Source of the DNA: Octopus bimaculoides
Taxonomy: Eukaryota
DNA: 63,984 nt
Direction: 5' to 3'
Assembly: GCF_001194135.2 (NCBI RefSeq)
Contig: NC_068981.1
Coordinates: forward strand, 104,975,303 to 105,039,286
Positions within the stretch are counted from its first letter, which is position 1, and each line of letters starts with the position of its first letter. The notes under the pieces are model-generated. The model did not search any database, was not told the origin of the DNA, and saw only the letters and a list, made by a program, of their open reading frames with translations. Positions 23,790 through 36,225 of this stretch are shown here, piece after piece. The position numbers and the translations under genes are program-made.

Positions 23790-24380
23790 AAGATCTAAGA
23801 ATACGCCAAAGTTTGTGCAAATTTTGTTCGTGTTATGCTCAATGACGAGCATCCTGGTGACCAACTATTTGGCGAAAATAGGCCTCAAAACTAGCACTCA
23901 CCCACCCACCTCTACAGTCCAGACCTTGATGCCTATGACTTTTGGTTGTTCCCCAAGCTGAAGGAGAATCTCAAAGGCAATCAATTTGAATTTGAAGAAG
24001 GTTGTGACAGGAGTCCTGAACACCTGTGGAGACGCGTGGCTTAGTGGTTAGGTTGTTGGACTCACGATCGTAAGATTTTGGTTTCGAATCCTTGGACCGG
24101 ACGACGTGTTGTGTTCTTGTGCAAAGCACTTCATTTCCCGTTGCTCCAGTTCACTTAGCTGGCAAAAATGAGTAATCCTGCGACACGCCGGTATCCTGTC
24201 CATGTGGGAGAATTTATACTCCATGGAAACCGAGGAATCGGTCCTTATGAGTTCACATAACTCGAGAAGGTGACTTTTACATTATTTTTTTTTTTACCCT
24301 GGATACCTTTACTTTAGAAGGGGCCTTCACAGTGTGGCTGGGGCGCTGCAAATACATTGAAGTCAAAAGATCTTATTCTC
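23790..24380 (+). mobile_element. Mariner transposase C-terminal fragment interrupted by a SINE
   Basis: LVTNYLAKIG..HPP..YSPDLDAYDFWLFPKLKENLKG; resumes after 24290. Confidence 0.8.
24028..24275 (+). mobile_element. SINE family C
   Basis: GGAGACGCGTGGCTTAGTGGTTAGG...GGTTTCGAATCC...CGTTGCTCCAGTTCACTTAGCTG. Confidence 0.88.
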
Positions 24381-24637
24381 AATCTACTAATATAAACTCG
24401 ACTCACCATTTCCGATTAACATTGAAACCACACGTCTTATTCTTCTTGCAGACACTAGATCCTCCTGTCTCTTTAGTTGGAGTTACTCCATCTTTTGTAA
24501 CGCTAAGATAGTCTCCTTTAATTTTGAAAACTGCCCTCATCAAAAACACCTCTCAAGTAAGTGGTATACAAATAGCACACACACAAGCAAACAATAAAAC
24601 AAACATACACACACACGCGCACACACACATGCACACA

Positions 24638-24674
<37 letters not shown>

Positions 24675-25399
24675 AAGCAAGCGAAAAAACAAACACACAC
24701 ACACATACATTCTTTAACTAGCTGTTAGCATTAGAAAAACTGCTTCTAACAGTCTTGTTGATAATGTCACATTTGTTGCCTGCTTAGCTTCAACACTGCA
24801 CACACACGCACACACAAACACACACACACACACACACACACATTCACAAAACACAATTTCTCTGAAACTCCCCTCTGTTCCAACCGTCACCCATGAACCT
24901 ACAGTCATCAATTGTGAGAGTTACTGGCGAGCATTGCGAAGTCGGGGTCCTAATAAATACAGTGTATTACAGTATTATGAAGTACCGCAAAACACACAGA
25001 AGGAGGTCCCTTCCATTGATAACGAACTAGCAATCTTACCTCTGTCTCTCTCTGTCTCTCTCGGCTTCCCTCTCTATCTCTTGCTCTCTTCTTCGCTCCT
25101 TCTCTTTCTCTCTTTCTCACACGCACAAACACACACGCTCGTGCATACACAAGCACTCACACACGGTCCCTTCTTGGTAAATACTACAGCTGACACTCTC
25201 TCAGATCAGCGCTGTTAACTGACTCCAAGATAAAACGGACACATTAGGCAGTATATCATAATAATGCAAAAAGTGAGAGGGTCATAGTTGAAAATTTTTT
25301 GATGATAGCTCGGTATAATTTGGACTGAACTGGGGCTAAATACAAGCGGCAACGTCTCCGATCGTTAAAATTCAACAAGTATGGCTCCAGAACTAAACC

Positions 25400-26680
25400 A
25401 TATATCTCTAAATTTGTAAATATTTCTCTCTACAGAGATATACCTAATTCTATGGAAACACACTACAGAGTATTTCATTCCCTCGAATGGTCGCTTATCT
25501 GTTTCACCTACTTGTTTTCACGCTCCTCCTTAGTAAACTTTAATTTAGCTTCTTTGCAACAAGATCTAATGGCAACCTCGGTTATGTTCCAATACTGATT
25601 TCAGTTTACTACAATGGGCTTCTCGCTACTTATTCTAACACAGTTTTACAGGATTAATGTAAAGCATCACTCCTCCTTGAGCTTCTGCACACAGGCGTCA
25701 TCTACAACTTAGATACTTAGCAAAAGAGGTTCACTTCTAATGAACTGATTCTCAAACCGACAAATAACAGATCCACCCGAAATAGTATTGAGATTTTTGG
25801 CACCCCTTCATCTGTTTATTAATGAGAAGACAGAATAAACGCTACATCCATATAAGTTTCCTTCCTTCATCGAGGTGTTTGACATATTTACGAAAGTGGA
25901 AACCATCTTAATTTTATTAAACTTAGGAATGTGCCTACGCCCTTTTCAAACTCTCACCAGCAGAGCATACTCACCCACCCTCTATGAGAAAAACTGTTCT
26001 AATGGATACATTGCATTCTCGTCTTCTTAAAATAAATCAAAACAGATGATTAACACTCAATTAATATCATTGAAGTATCTAAAAACTCTACATCACACAA
26101 TGTATGATAACTGCTCGCGATAATTATACGTTTATGAAATACTATTAAAACTTATCCAAGGTTTTTTTCTCTCCCAGTCAGAGAAATTCTTCTCATCTGA
26201 CCAGATATTGACCCTCTGAGTAAAACCTACATTAAAGTATTGATCACACACCTGAAACAGTGCTGCAGCTAAATGGGCATTCAAAGAAAGCAATCTGACT
26301 CATTGACATTGATTCACTGATCAACACATTTCAATCACTAGTTCACAAGCACACGGTCTCCTCTATCTTCCTTCCACTATCGATATTACAACTAAATTTG
26401 CTTTAGTTATTCACAAACTTCTTTCTAAACATGTACGTTTCTCTGTGTATTATTTTTTTCGTCGTCCTCTACTATATCTCAGTCCTTCGGTTTTCCCTCG
26501 GCTCCAGTCCTTTAGCAGAAGTGAGGCTATCGAAACAGAGTTTAGAACATAAAAAGAGGTTAAAGGTCAAGATTTCTTCTTCCATCTCCTACCTTATTCC
26601 ACCAGCCACAGCAACCCTACAAAATATCATAAGTACTGCTTATCCTTCTCTGTCTAAAATGTTAAAAATCTCTCCCTGAT
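25400..26680 (-). mobile_element. Very decayed LINE-like segment (possibly Tx1/L1-like 3' region)
   Basis: Strong strand skew and coding-like scraps (GRKIEETVC); no intact motif. Confidence 0.3.
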
Positions 26681-27146
26681 TACGTTTCTTACCTTGTTTC
26701 TTTTCTTTTTTCTCCTGCTGATAGAGATTGACAGATATTTAAATTAAACATGAATCTACAGGGATGTATACTGATCATCAACAAAATCAATCTCAGTAAT
26801 ATAGAAGGTGTTTTCAATAGACATAAACTCTGTTTCCTCTCCATTTATAAATTCAAGAGCATATACAGATATTGTGAAAACATAAAAACATCTGATGAGT
26901 CCAGAACAGACAATTCCTGGAACTTATTCTATACATTTTTGAGGATTTTTTTCAGTCATGGTACGAGTCGCTCTGCTAGTTCCTATTTTGCTAAATAGCT
27001 ATGCTACATACATAATAATTTTAAATTCATATGAAATGGAACAATATTGGGTATAGAAACGATGTTTGTTCAATAATAATTATGTAAAGTGTACACGATA
27101 AAGACAGCGTATAAAGTAAATGACACAATATATACATATACAAATT

Positions 27147-27211
<65 letters not shown>

Positions 27212-27383
27212 GTATGCATATATATTTATATACATATATACATATATATATGAACATTCATACAAGAATATATATGATGCATATATAAGTATATAGCTAT
27301 TTACATATATACATATATACGTATGTGTATATACACCATATATGTATACGCACATGCATACATACAAATGCGTGTATGTGTAT

Positions 27384-27427
<44 letters not shown>

Positions 27428-27849
27428 GCGTGCATGTATGTTATCTTTTTCAGTATCTATAAATCTATATTTACAGTATCATTATTGAGCCCATTTCTTT
27501 ATTACGTTCTCCCGAAAGTATCGTATGATTCAGACAAGTTCTTAACTCCACCTCCTGAAACGAAATAATGGAACAGTGCTCCACTATATCACATTTTCCT
27601 GTCAAATGTCAAAGATATTTGTATGTGCAACATGCTTCGCTGTTACCCACTGTAGTGCTGTTGTATAAATAATAATATAGTTAATATAGCTCAATAAATA
27701 ATAAATCTCAATTATCTGTTATTTTACATTATCGGAATCGATGGGAACGATGTGGTTGCTTACACTAGAAAGTAGAGTTTTTACGAAAGTAATCTACAAC
27801 GCTATTTTGGTTCCCTTTAACACTGATTCTATTCCAGTTGATAATTTGG

Positions 27850-28207
27850 TTATTAAAACAGATAATAACCCTCAAAGCAAAAACTGTTCTTGTTATTGTA
27901 GGTGCTCTAGGTATGATAAAAAAGAGATGCCAGAAACATTTAGATAACATCCCAGGAGAGCCATGTCTCACAGCAATCCCAAAGATTGTGCTGACATCCT
28001 TACAAAGACTCTATCGGTTTAAATGTTTGTGCTGCATTATATGGAGATATTTCTCTACTGCCCTCGCCAGGTTTTCAGTTATATTTCAACATCTCTTAAC
28101 CTTCACTTGCTCTAGGGTGCTGGGTGAGTCCCGGAAAGTGATTGCACCAAATATGCAGATTAAAAGTAAACAACAACAACAACAGCAACAACAACAACAA
28201 CAACAAC

Positions 28208-28251
<44 letters not shown>

Positions 28252-28268
28252 TAATAATAATAATAATA
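27850..28268 (+). mobile_element. R4/Dong-type LINE 3' end with (CAA)n(TAA)n tail
   Basis: KAKTVLVIVGALGMIKKRCQKHLDNIPGEPCL..IPKIVLT, the C-terminus of restriction-like-endonuclease LINEs, then 3'UTR and TAA run. Confidence 0.85.
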
Positions 28269-29544
28269 AATGCCCTGATGCAGTATCAGGCACTGGCTCT
28301 CATGGCTTCTGATCTTAACTGATTGGAAGTGTTATCATATACATATTTTGTCTTGGTATAAAAGATAGGCTATCCTCATTGTTAATATTATTATCATTGT
28401 TATTATCATCAGTGCTATTATTATCATTATTATTACTATGATTGTTGTTATTATTATTTTTATTATTATCATGTTGTTGTTGTTGTTGTGTGTTGGCTAT
28501 GATTCAGCTTAAAGAAACTGCACCCGAATCTCGACCATAGACGTCAAAGAACAAGATTTTGCATCTAAAGGTGCTGCCAAGTTAGGTGTCATGGAATTCA
28601 GAAACCTGATGTCTGCTGTATTACAACAATCATCATCATCGTTAACTACTGACAAAGCATATATGATTTAGAATCTTCGGAGTGGAATAAAGTTTTTACC
28701 AAAAACACTTGCATACAGATAACGTCATACAGTTTGGGATTTCCCCTTACTGGTGGGGCTGACAAAAGAAGGAATAGGGTTTGTGTTTTCTCTTTAAGCA
28801 AAATTGTATTTCTTCTTTTCGCATCATCAATAAAAAAACAGCCATAAAAATTTCACACCACACCTCCATAAAGAAAACTGGAAATATACACAATAATACA
28901 GTTCACTAACAGAATGCAAGCAAAAGACAGAATGCTAATTTTCATTATAACGCAATGCACGAATAAAAAGGAAAGCAGTCATTCTAAGTCAATTGAATAG
29001 CAACTCTGTCCTTAACAACAGCATGCGTGCATGAATTGTTTCAGATATAAATACAAACAACGTTGAAATGGTTTTTAGTAATGTTTTGTCCAGCAAGAGA
29101 ATCTTTCATATGAAGCATTTTCCCGAAAGATGAATGTTCTGAATCATCTTGTGCGCCAAACTGAGACCAACCTTCCACGATAGGAAGGAAATACCGTGCC
29201 TCTATCTTGCGAAAGACACGGCAAATTTTCTGAACTCATCTTAACTCAAATTAGAGACAGCTTTGGCAGATATTTTAAGTGAAAGAGAAAGCAAAAGTAA
29301 TTATATGTTTAATTTCTAAAACGGAGGACAAGGAACAGATAAATTGGTTATGACATCAACTTCTGCTTAGTACCTACCTTTGTGGCGCAATATGGGAAGG
29401 TGGTAAGTGCTAACACAACATTTGGTGACACCTTTGTTAACTAACGATTTAGTTACTGTAAAGCATATGTAACCGTTATCACCACACGCCTTATGATAAA
29501 TCAAATACAGATTGATTGATTGATTGACTGATTGACTGACTGAC

Positions 29545-29591
<47 letters not shown>

Positions 29592-30201
29592 GCGAGTGAG
29601 TGAGCGAGTGAGTGAGTGAGTGAGTGAGTGAGTGATGTCAGTAGGAAGTTAGGGGATTAATTATGAGCAGTAATGTCTTTGTGGCAAACAGTTTCATTCA
29701 GAGTTACTAATCAGCTCAGTCTACCTTACCATTAGATTTGGGCTCTTGGTTCTGATAACAGCCAAATTATGATGGCTGCTTTTGTATAATAATTCATTCT
29801 ACATTAAACTCACTCCGCTAAATCATCCACTTCTAATAGATGTCTTTTTCAAATGCGAGAGATTCAATGCTGAGGGACGATAGCAACAACAACAATGACG
29901 ACATCAATGAGGATGAGGAAACTTCAGAATATCATAAGAAAATTAAGGCTTACTTACGCCATCCAAATGAAATATAACAGTAAAAGTTATGTTTCTTATT
30001 GAATACAGACCAGAAGAGTAAAGCATGGATGTACAGCCCTTCGACCAAGATCCAAGTGTAGTTGGCCAGTAGTGAGTAATAGAAGAAAGTGTAAAACAAT
30101 TTGCACTGCCAATGCTGCAACGAGAACGTTTACATATTAACGATGGCTTTTTACGAAGCGCAAAAATAAATCGATTTCAAAAGTGGGAGCTCTAAACTTA
30201 C

Positions 30202-30262
30202 AGGTTCGTACTGCCATAGTTGCAATAAAAGAATGACACTCAGCCAATGGCTGGCAATACGC
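30202..30262 (-). other. Candidate 61-nt internal exon of a minus-strand host gene
   Basis: TTACAATTACTCCCTGTAG| acceptor and |GTAAGT donor in non-repetitive sequence; two frames open. Confidence 0.3.
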
Positions 30263-30608
30263 CTACAGGGAGTAATTGTAATGCACTGCATCACACATCA
30301 GAACAAAAATAGATATGGAAATATTAGTGGAGGATACATTTATGCTATACTGAGATTGATTACAGTTGTTTGAATCTATCCATATTATACTTTTATTCCG
30401 TTGTTCCTTAACTGGTTTCAGACCCCAGAGTGAGGTCGTGGTACAGCACCTCCTTCAAGTATTTTAGCTGATCTCATTACCTTGTTTTGGAATTAGTTTA
30501 TAGGATTCTTAAGGAATAAAAGCGAAGTCATCATTAGTAGGTAAAAGCGTAAATATTTTCTACTTACTGAGTTTGTGTGTGTGTGTGTGTGTGTGTGTGC
30601 AGAGATAA

Positions 30609-30666
<58 letters not shown>

Positions 30667-30882
30667 GGTTACATGCCTATTCATATATGTGTATATATAA
30701 TGTGTGTGTATATGCGTGTATATATATGTATATACATATATTTATACGCACATATCTGTGTGTGTTTGTGTGTGTGTGTGTGCACGTGCATATATGTATA
30801 ACCAGGGAGCAGATTTCCATGTAGACACGATGTGATTTTTTTAATATATTCGCCTATGCTTTTCCTGCAGTTTATTTGGAAA

Positions 30883-31020
30883 AGTGGTTCCCAAAGTAAA
30901 GTAAGCGGTACCGCTTCACTGGGGGTGATGGAAAGATCCAGAAAAATGGGGCGATAACGGGTGGCCAAAAAGGGGCGATAGACGACAATGCCCCCTTCCC
31001 CTTTATTTTTCAATGGTACG
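30883..31020 (+). mobile_element. Probable 5' end of a Charlie/Buster-type hAT
   Basis: AGTGGTTCCCAAAGT...GCGGTACCGC...GGGGG.GATGGAAAGATCC resembles hAT-Charlie CAGTGGTTCCCAAA termini. Confidence 0.5.
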
Positions 31021-31264
31021 CCTAAGTTTAGAAAATAGTGTTTAAAAATCGATATGAAAAATGTTGTTTAAAGAAAATTAACTTCAAGCAAGAACAAAGG
31101 ACAAAAATAATCAAATAAAAAACGAAAAGTTCGCAAGTAAAGTTCGTTATAACATTCCTAAGAGAATTCGCTAGAAAGACGGAAATATATGATACTGAAC
31201 AAAAACAACGTCAACAACAATAATGACGACAAGGATAACAGAAACAACAAAATGAAAAGAATAT

Positions 31265-31515
31265 ATGGTTCAGTCCCATTGCGTGGCACCTTGGACTAAC
31301 TGTCTTCTGCTATATCCTCGGGTCGACCAAAGCCTTGTGAGTGGATTTTATAAACGTTGTTACGTCCCCGTAACCTAACGGTTCAGCAAAAGTGACCAAC
31401 AGAATAAGTGCCAGGTTTTTAAAAAAATAGGCACTGGGGTTGATTCATTCGACTAAAATTTCTTCAAGGCGATGCCCCAGCATGGCCACAATCTAATGAC
31501 TGGAACAGATAAAGA
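31265..31515 (+). mobile_element. SINE family A with an internal deletion
   Basis: GGTTCAGTCCCATTGCGTGGCACCTTGG...CCCCAGCATGGCCAC. Confidence 0.88.
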
Positions 31516-32389
31516 TATCTTCCGTAATTTGGTATTTTGACTTTTGTTCTAAGTAAAGAACTGTGCAGTTATTTTAACGCATTTTATGAATGTAATTATT
31601 AGTGTCAGTGAATGTCACTGAAATTGGTTTCTAATAATTTTAGAAATTTTGTAAGTTTTCAGTATCAGACAAACTTCAGAATTTGTCTTCATACTTTTGT
31701 TTTAAACAGTAGGTCTGACTCAACAGACTCATACACTGATTGAAATAACAGTTATTTTAAATATAAATTACTATGATAATTTTCTTTGAGAATTGGTGGG
31801 GTATTGTAAGAAGTACACGCTATCGTAGTGGAGTTGTACCCGAAGCTCACTATTTAACTAGCCCAGTTGTTTTCTTCCTTTCTTTTTTCTTTTTGTTTCT
31901 CAGGGTTTTCCAGTTTTCTTTTCTTTCAAATATGTTTTAGAAACTGTCATTACGAATTTTTAAAAAGCAGACATTTAATTTATATTTGTCGGACTTTGGG
32001 AATAACTGTCTAACATAAATTGGAATTTCTCGGGGTTTTTTTCCACATTTTATAGTAACCCATATTTCAAAACACTCGCGAGCAGGCTTTTTTAAAAACT
32101 TCTTAATCCATGTTTTTAAAATGTCTACCCATCCCCTAATCGTAACTTCGGAACACAAGCTCATTGCCTGTTTTTTTTGTTTTGTTTTTTGTTTTGTTTT
32201 GTTTTTTGTCATATTGGTATATTCAACATTTTGAAACATTCATAATCAGTATTTTTACAGAAAAAAAAATTGGAAAAGCTATCATGCACAAATTGGAATT
32301 TCTCTTTTTCTTTTTTAGATTTTAAATAGTGAAAATTAAAATGAAGTAAGAAATTCTTTTCTCTGAAAATACATAATACAAATTTTTCA

Positions 32390-33823
32390 AAATGTGAACT
32401 ATAATAACATTGAAGATATGTTGTGCAACATACTTAGGACAACCAAACTCAGCTTACAGTTAGATGAGTCTCCTTTTGCCAAACAATAAAAGTATGTTTC
32501 TTGCTTGTGCTTGTTTCGTCAAAGATTAAAATTTGATTCAAGAGCTACTGTTTGTAAGACAACTAGAAACAGTTACAAAACAGGAGTCGGTATTTCGTAT
32601 TTGAACAATAGATGGAACACCATTAATGGTAGATTGTCATCGCTGCTTCATCAGCTTTTTGAAAAAGTTATACCTGGCATATTTTCAGCATACTCTGTAA
32701 CGCACAACCAACATCTGGTTGCGTATAACCTAAATGGCAAACTTAAAAACAAGTCGTTGAGCACTGTAATCAAAGCAGGAAATAAAATAAATTCACTACT
32801 GGTTCAGCAGCTCTTTTGCTGAGAAAGATTTTGAACATTTGTTGTTGCACACAGAAGTTCAGTGGCTGTCAAAGGGAAACTCACAAAAATTTTCTACTCA
32901 GGTGTTGAATTTTTTCAAGACTCTTACTTTGTTCTTTGTGATGAACCAAGAAACATCAAGCATGACACTGCTTATTAGACAGATATTTCACAAAGTTCAA
33001 TGACGTCGATTTGCAACTGCAAATGCGGTTAAACTTTACCAAAGCAAAATCAGCCCTCTCCACGTTTCTCTCCAGGTTACAGTTATTCAAATGTAACATA
33101 AACCATCATGATTTCTTCCAGTTTCCGAGCCTCTCTGAATTGGAGAAGAAAAAGCGCATACCATATGATAACATTCAAGTGTATTGTTCACACCTGGATG
33201 AGCTGCACAGAGACATGTCTGACAGCTCTCGGGATATTTACTTTTGATTGAAATACCAGTCTGGGTAATTCCTAGCTATCAGTAATGAGGAAACATAAAT
33301 AGTGGTGAAAAACCTAGTTTCACTTTGAAATGACACTGAGTTGAGATCAAAGTTCAAAAAATCAAGTCAGGATTTTTTAATGCAAAAGGACATTTCTGAC
33401 TGCTACCTTGCACTGTGGAACAAGGTGACGATGTAATTTATTGCCTTCCCAACATCATAATCTCTAGAGCGGGGCTTTTGTGCAGTTGCTCGGATTCTTT
33501 GCTTCGGCAAAGAAACCTACTGGAAACTACTGAACACGGGGATTTAAGACTACTTCTTAGTACGTCTCAGCCTTACGTGGAGATGCTGATATCCTTGCAC
33601 AATGTACATCCATCGCATTAAAACTATGAAAACAGCGTAGTTACAGGTGAAATATAAATTTACTCTTTCATATTGTCAAAACAGCAACTTAATTAGGTTA
33701 AGTTTTATTTGTGAAAAACAGTTGTTTTGAATACGCAGTAGAAAGTTGCCTATGTTTGTGGTGATGTTTTGGGGTGCAAAGAATGTGGCCTGGACGCCAA
33801 GGGGGCGCAAGTCCGAAAATGTT
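32390..33823 (+). mobile_element. hAT (Charlie/Buster, ZBED5/SCAND3-like) transposase remnant
   Basis: LSLQLDES; IQELLFVRQLET; FEHLLLHTEVQWLSKGNS; FPTS...ERGF; GDLRLLLS..QP...HPSH*; GC-rich 3' subterminal GGGGGCGCAAGTCCGAAAA. Confidence 0.9.
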
Positions 33824-34929
33824 TAATTTAGAAGAATACAGTTTCTAAATCCATCATAAATTTTCTAAGTCGTCTTCTTTTCATATTTCGGTTGAAATGA
33901 TGTTGGTGAATGTTTTACTTTCTTTCATTGTTAGTAAGATAAACGTTTAGATGTAACCACTAGAATTTCATTGTTGACCGATGCGATATGAGTCGCGTGT
34001 TTACTTCTGTTGCCAGAAGAGTGTATGTTGATTTTGTGTTAATTTTAGTATTGCTTTGTGCTATAAGTATTGTTTCATTCAGTTATCATCTATTTTTCCG
34101 ATGAATTCTGTATAGCATAGAAATGTTGCCCACTGTTTTCCGATAAAGTTTATTTCTACATTATAGTACCTAGTAATTGTTCTTTATTATAACTACATAA
34201 TGAACTGGCTTGGTAGGAAGCGGGGAAGAGAACGTCATATCTATTTGACCAATATAACAGAGTTATGAATTTTACAAGTTTGCAATTTGAATTTATAAGT
34301 TACAGTAGTCAATAGTAGTTTGTTTGAGGATTTACGCGTTTGTCGTTTCTTATTGATAAGACGGTTTTAATTTTAGTGCTTAATGGGATAATATTAAATG
34401 TATACTATCTGTGGATAGATCTATATCGCAATTTTAAGAGAATATAGAAAGTGGAGATAATTATCGTAATTCAGAAAAGTTATCTTCAGTTAATTAATAT
34501 CAAGGTTATTTCCAGTACTTTATGCCTCTTACACAAACTGATTTCTTGCACTGTTAAATCTCCTCGTATTTTATACACTAGTGAAAGGGAACTGGCGCGA
34601 CTCGCTGTGATGGTGACGTGGCTTTTTCACCTAGTAACGCAATGACCTCTTACAGTAAGGTTTCACGCCTTAACTTCGATTTGAATATTAAGTTTTGCTC
34701 AAAACCATGGATTTGTAGAAGTGTATAGTCGAAAGAATAAATTCCGGTACGTGCCTTCAATTGATATTATTGATCCTGAAGCGATGAAAGCGGAGACTCC
34801 CTGGAAATAATTTGGACACAGCACACAGCTGGTGTATTGAAAGGCAATTAATCGAGCACCCAACTGTTTCTGCTAATCCGCTATCTTCAACAGTATTAAT
34901 AAATATCTTTTACGGTGTTACAGGCTAAA

Positions 34930-35290
34930 AAAAAAATTAAAGAAGTATAATCTATTCCAGTATTATTAGTATTTATTTTATTGGCTCCTGAGAGATGGCA
35001 TCTTTTGTCAACCCCGGTGAGATTTAAACTTGGAATATAAGGGGACAGAAAATAGATACTGCAAGGTTATAAAACTGACACTCATAGCCAATCTATTTCT
35101 AACAGTTTTAATAACGGTTTCAAAATCAGGCATAAAGTGATTCTAAGGAAGAGAGCTAATCAATTACCATCGACCCAAATACTTAAGTGATATTTTTTTT
35201 TTATTTACTCCCCGAGAGAATGAAAGCTAAAGTTCAACTCGGCAGAATTTGAACTCAAAATGTAAGGAATTGAAAGAAATACCGCTAAAC
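34930..35290 (-). mobile_element. Two decayed SINE family B copies
   Basis: GAGTTCAAATTCTGCCGAGTTGAACTTTAGCTTTCAT and related blocks. Confidence 0.7.
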
Positions 35291-35561
35291 ATTTGTCCTG
35301 TGTGCTCAGAGTTAATAATAAAACCAAAATATAAAATAACTTACTGTAATATTTTCGTTGAAATAGAAGTGTCCGTCTTCGTTTTTAACCAAATCCGATT
35401 CAAAGGCTACACCTTGAATAAACAAATTGTCTCTTAAAAGACAAACAGTGGCGCGCAATATGAATGAGATGAACAGGTTGTTGTGGATGGTGTTGCGATG
35501 ATTATGTAACTTCCTGGAAGTAAAACAATTTGCATTAGATGACTCAAACAGTGCAAAAATT

Positions 35562-35606
<45 letters not shown>

Positions 35607-36049
35607 ACAGCAACACTAGTGGTAGACAAGCCAATAAGGGAATATCAAGCCAAGACACAGGAAATTTCTTGCACGCAGGCGAAATTTCGCCTGCAAATTT
35701 TAAAATGGCACGTTCACAAATTTCTCTAAAACCCAATGAAAAAGAACATTTAAGACACAACATCACCATATCAGCTTAGTTTTTAATAAAAGTTTTATAT
35801 TAAAAAAACTATTAATTTGCTTTCAACATTCTTTAAACAATGATGGAAATTGGATGATAGGAGGGATACGCGGGGGTATGGCGTATACCTATTACTCAAT
35901 ATCCAGTATTTATAGTTTGTTTTTTGTTGATTTTTCGTATGTTGAATGTCTACCAATAGAGGTTTTTAGTACAGCTATCTTTTGTCAAGTTTCTCTCAAT
36001 AAAAATTTATTTGTTTATTTATTATATTTATTATTATATACTTGCATAA

Positions 36050-36225
36050 GTCAGCGAGATGACAGAATCGTTAGCGAGTCGGACAACATACTTAGTGGCA
36101 TTTCTTCCGGCTCTTTACGGTCTGAATTCAAATTCAGGTCTCTTTTACCTTTCGATAGAATAAAGTAGCGGTCAAGTTCTGGAGTCAGTGTAATCGACTA
36201 ACCTCCACTCACAAAATTTGAAGCA
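36050..36225 (+). mobile_element. SINE family B
   Basis: GCGAGATGACAGAATCGTTAGC...CTTTACGGTCTGAATTCAAATTC. Confidence 0.85.

Noticed and set aside
26895-26935. CTGATGAGTC...GAC hammerhead-like start
   Set aside because: No GAAA or stem III follows.
31937-32239. 100-aa minus-strand ORF
   Set aside because: N-terminus comes from an (AAAAC)n run, there are no good splice signals, and no family is recognised.
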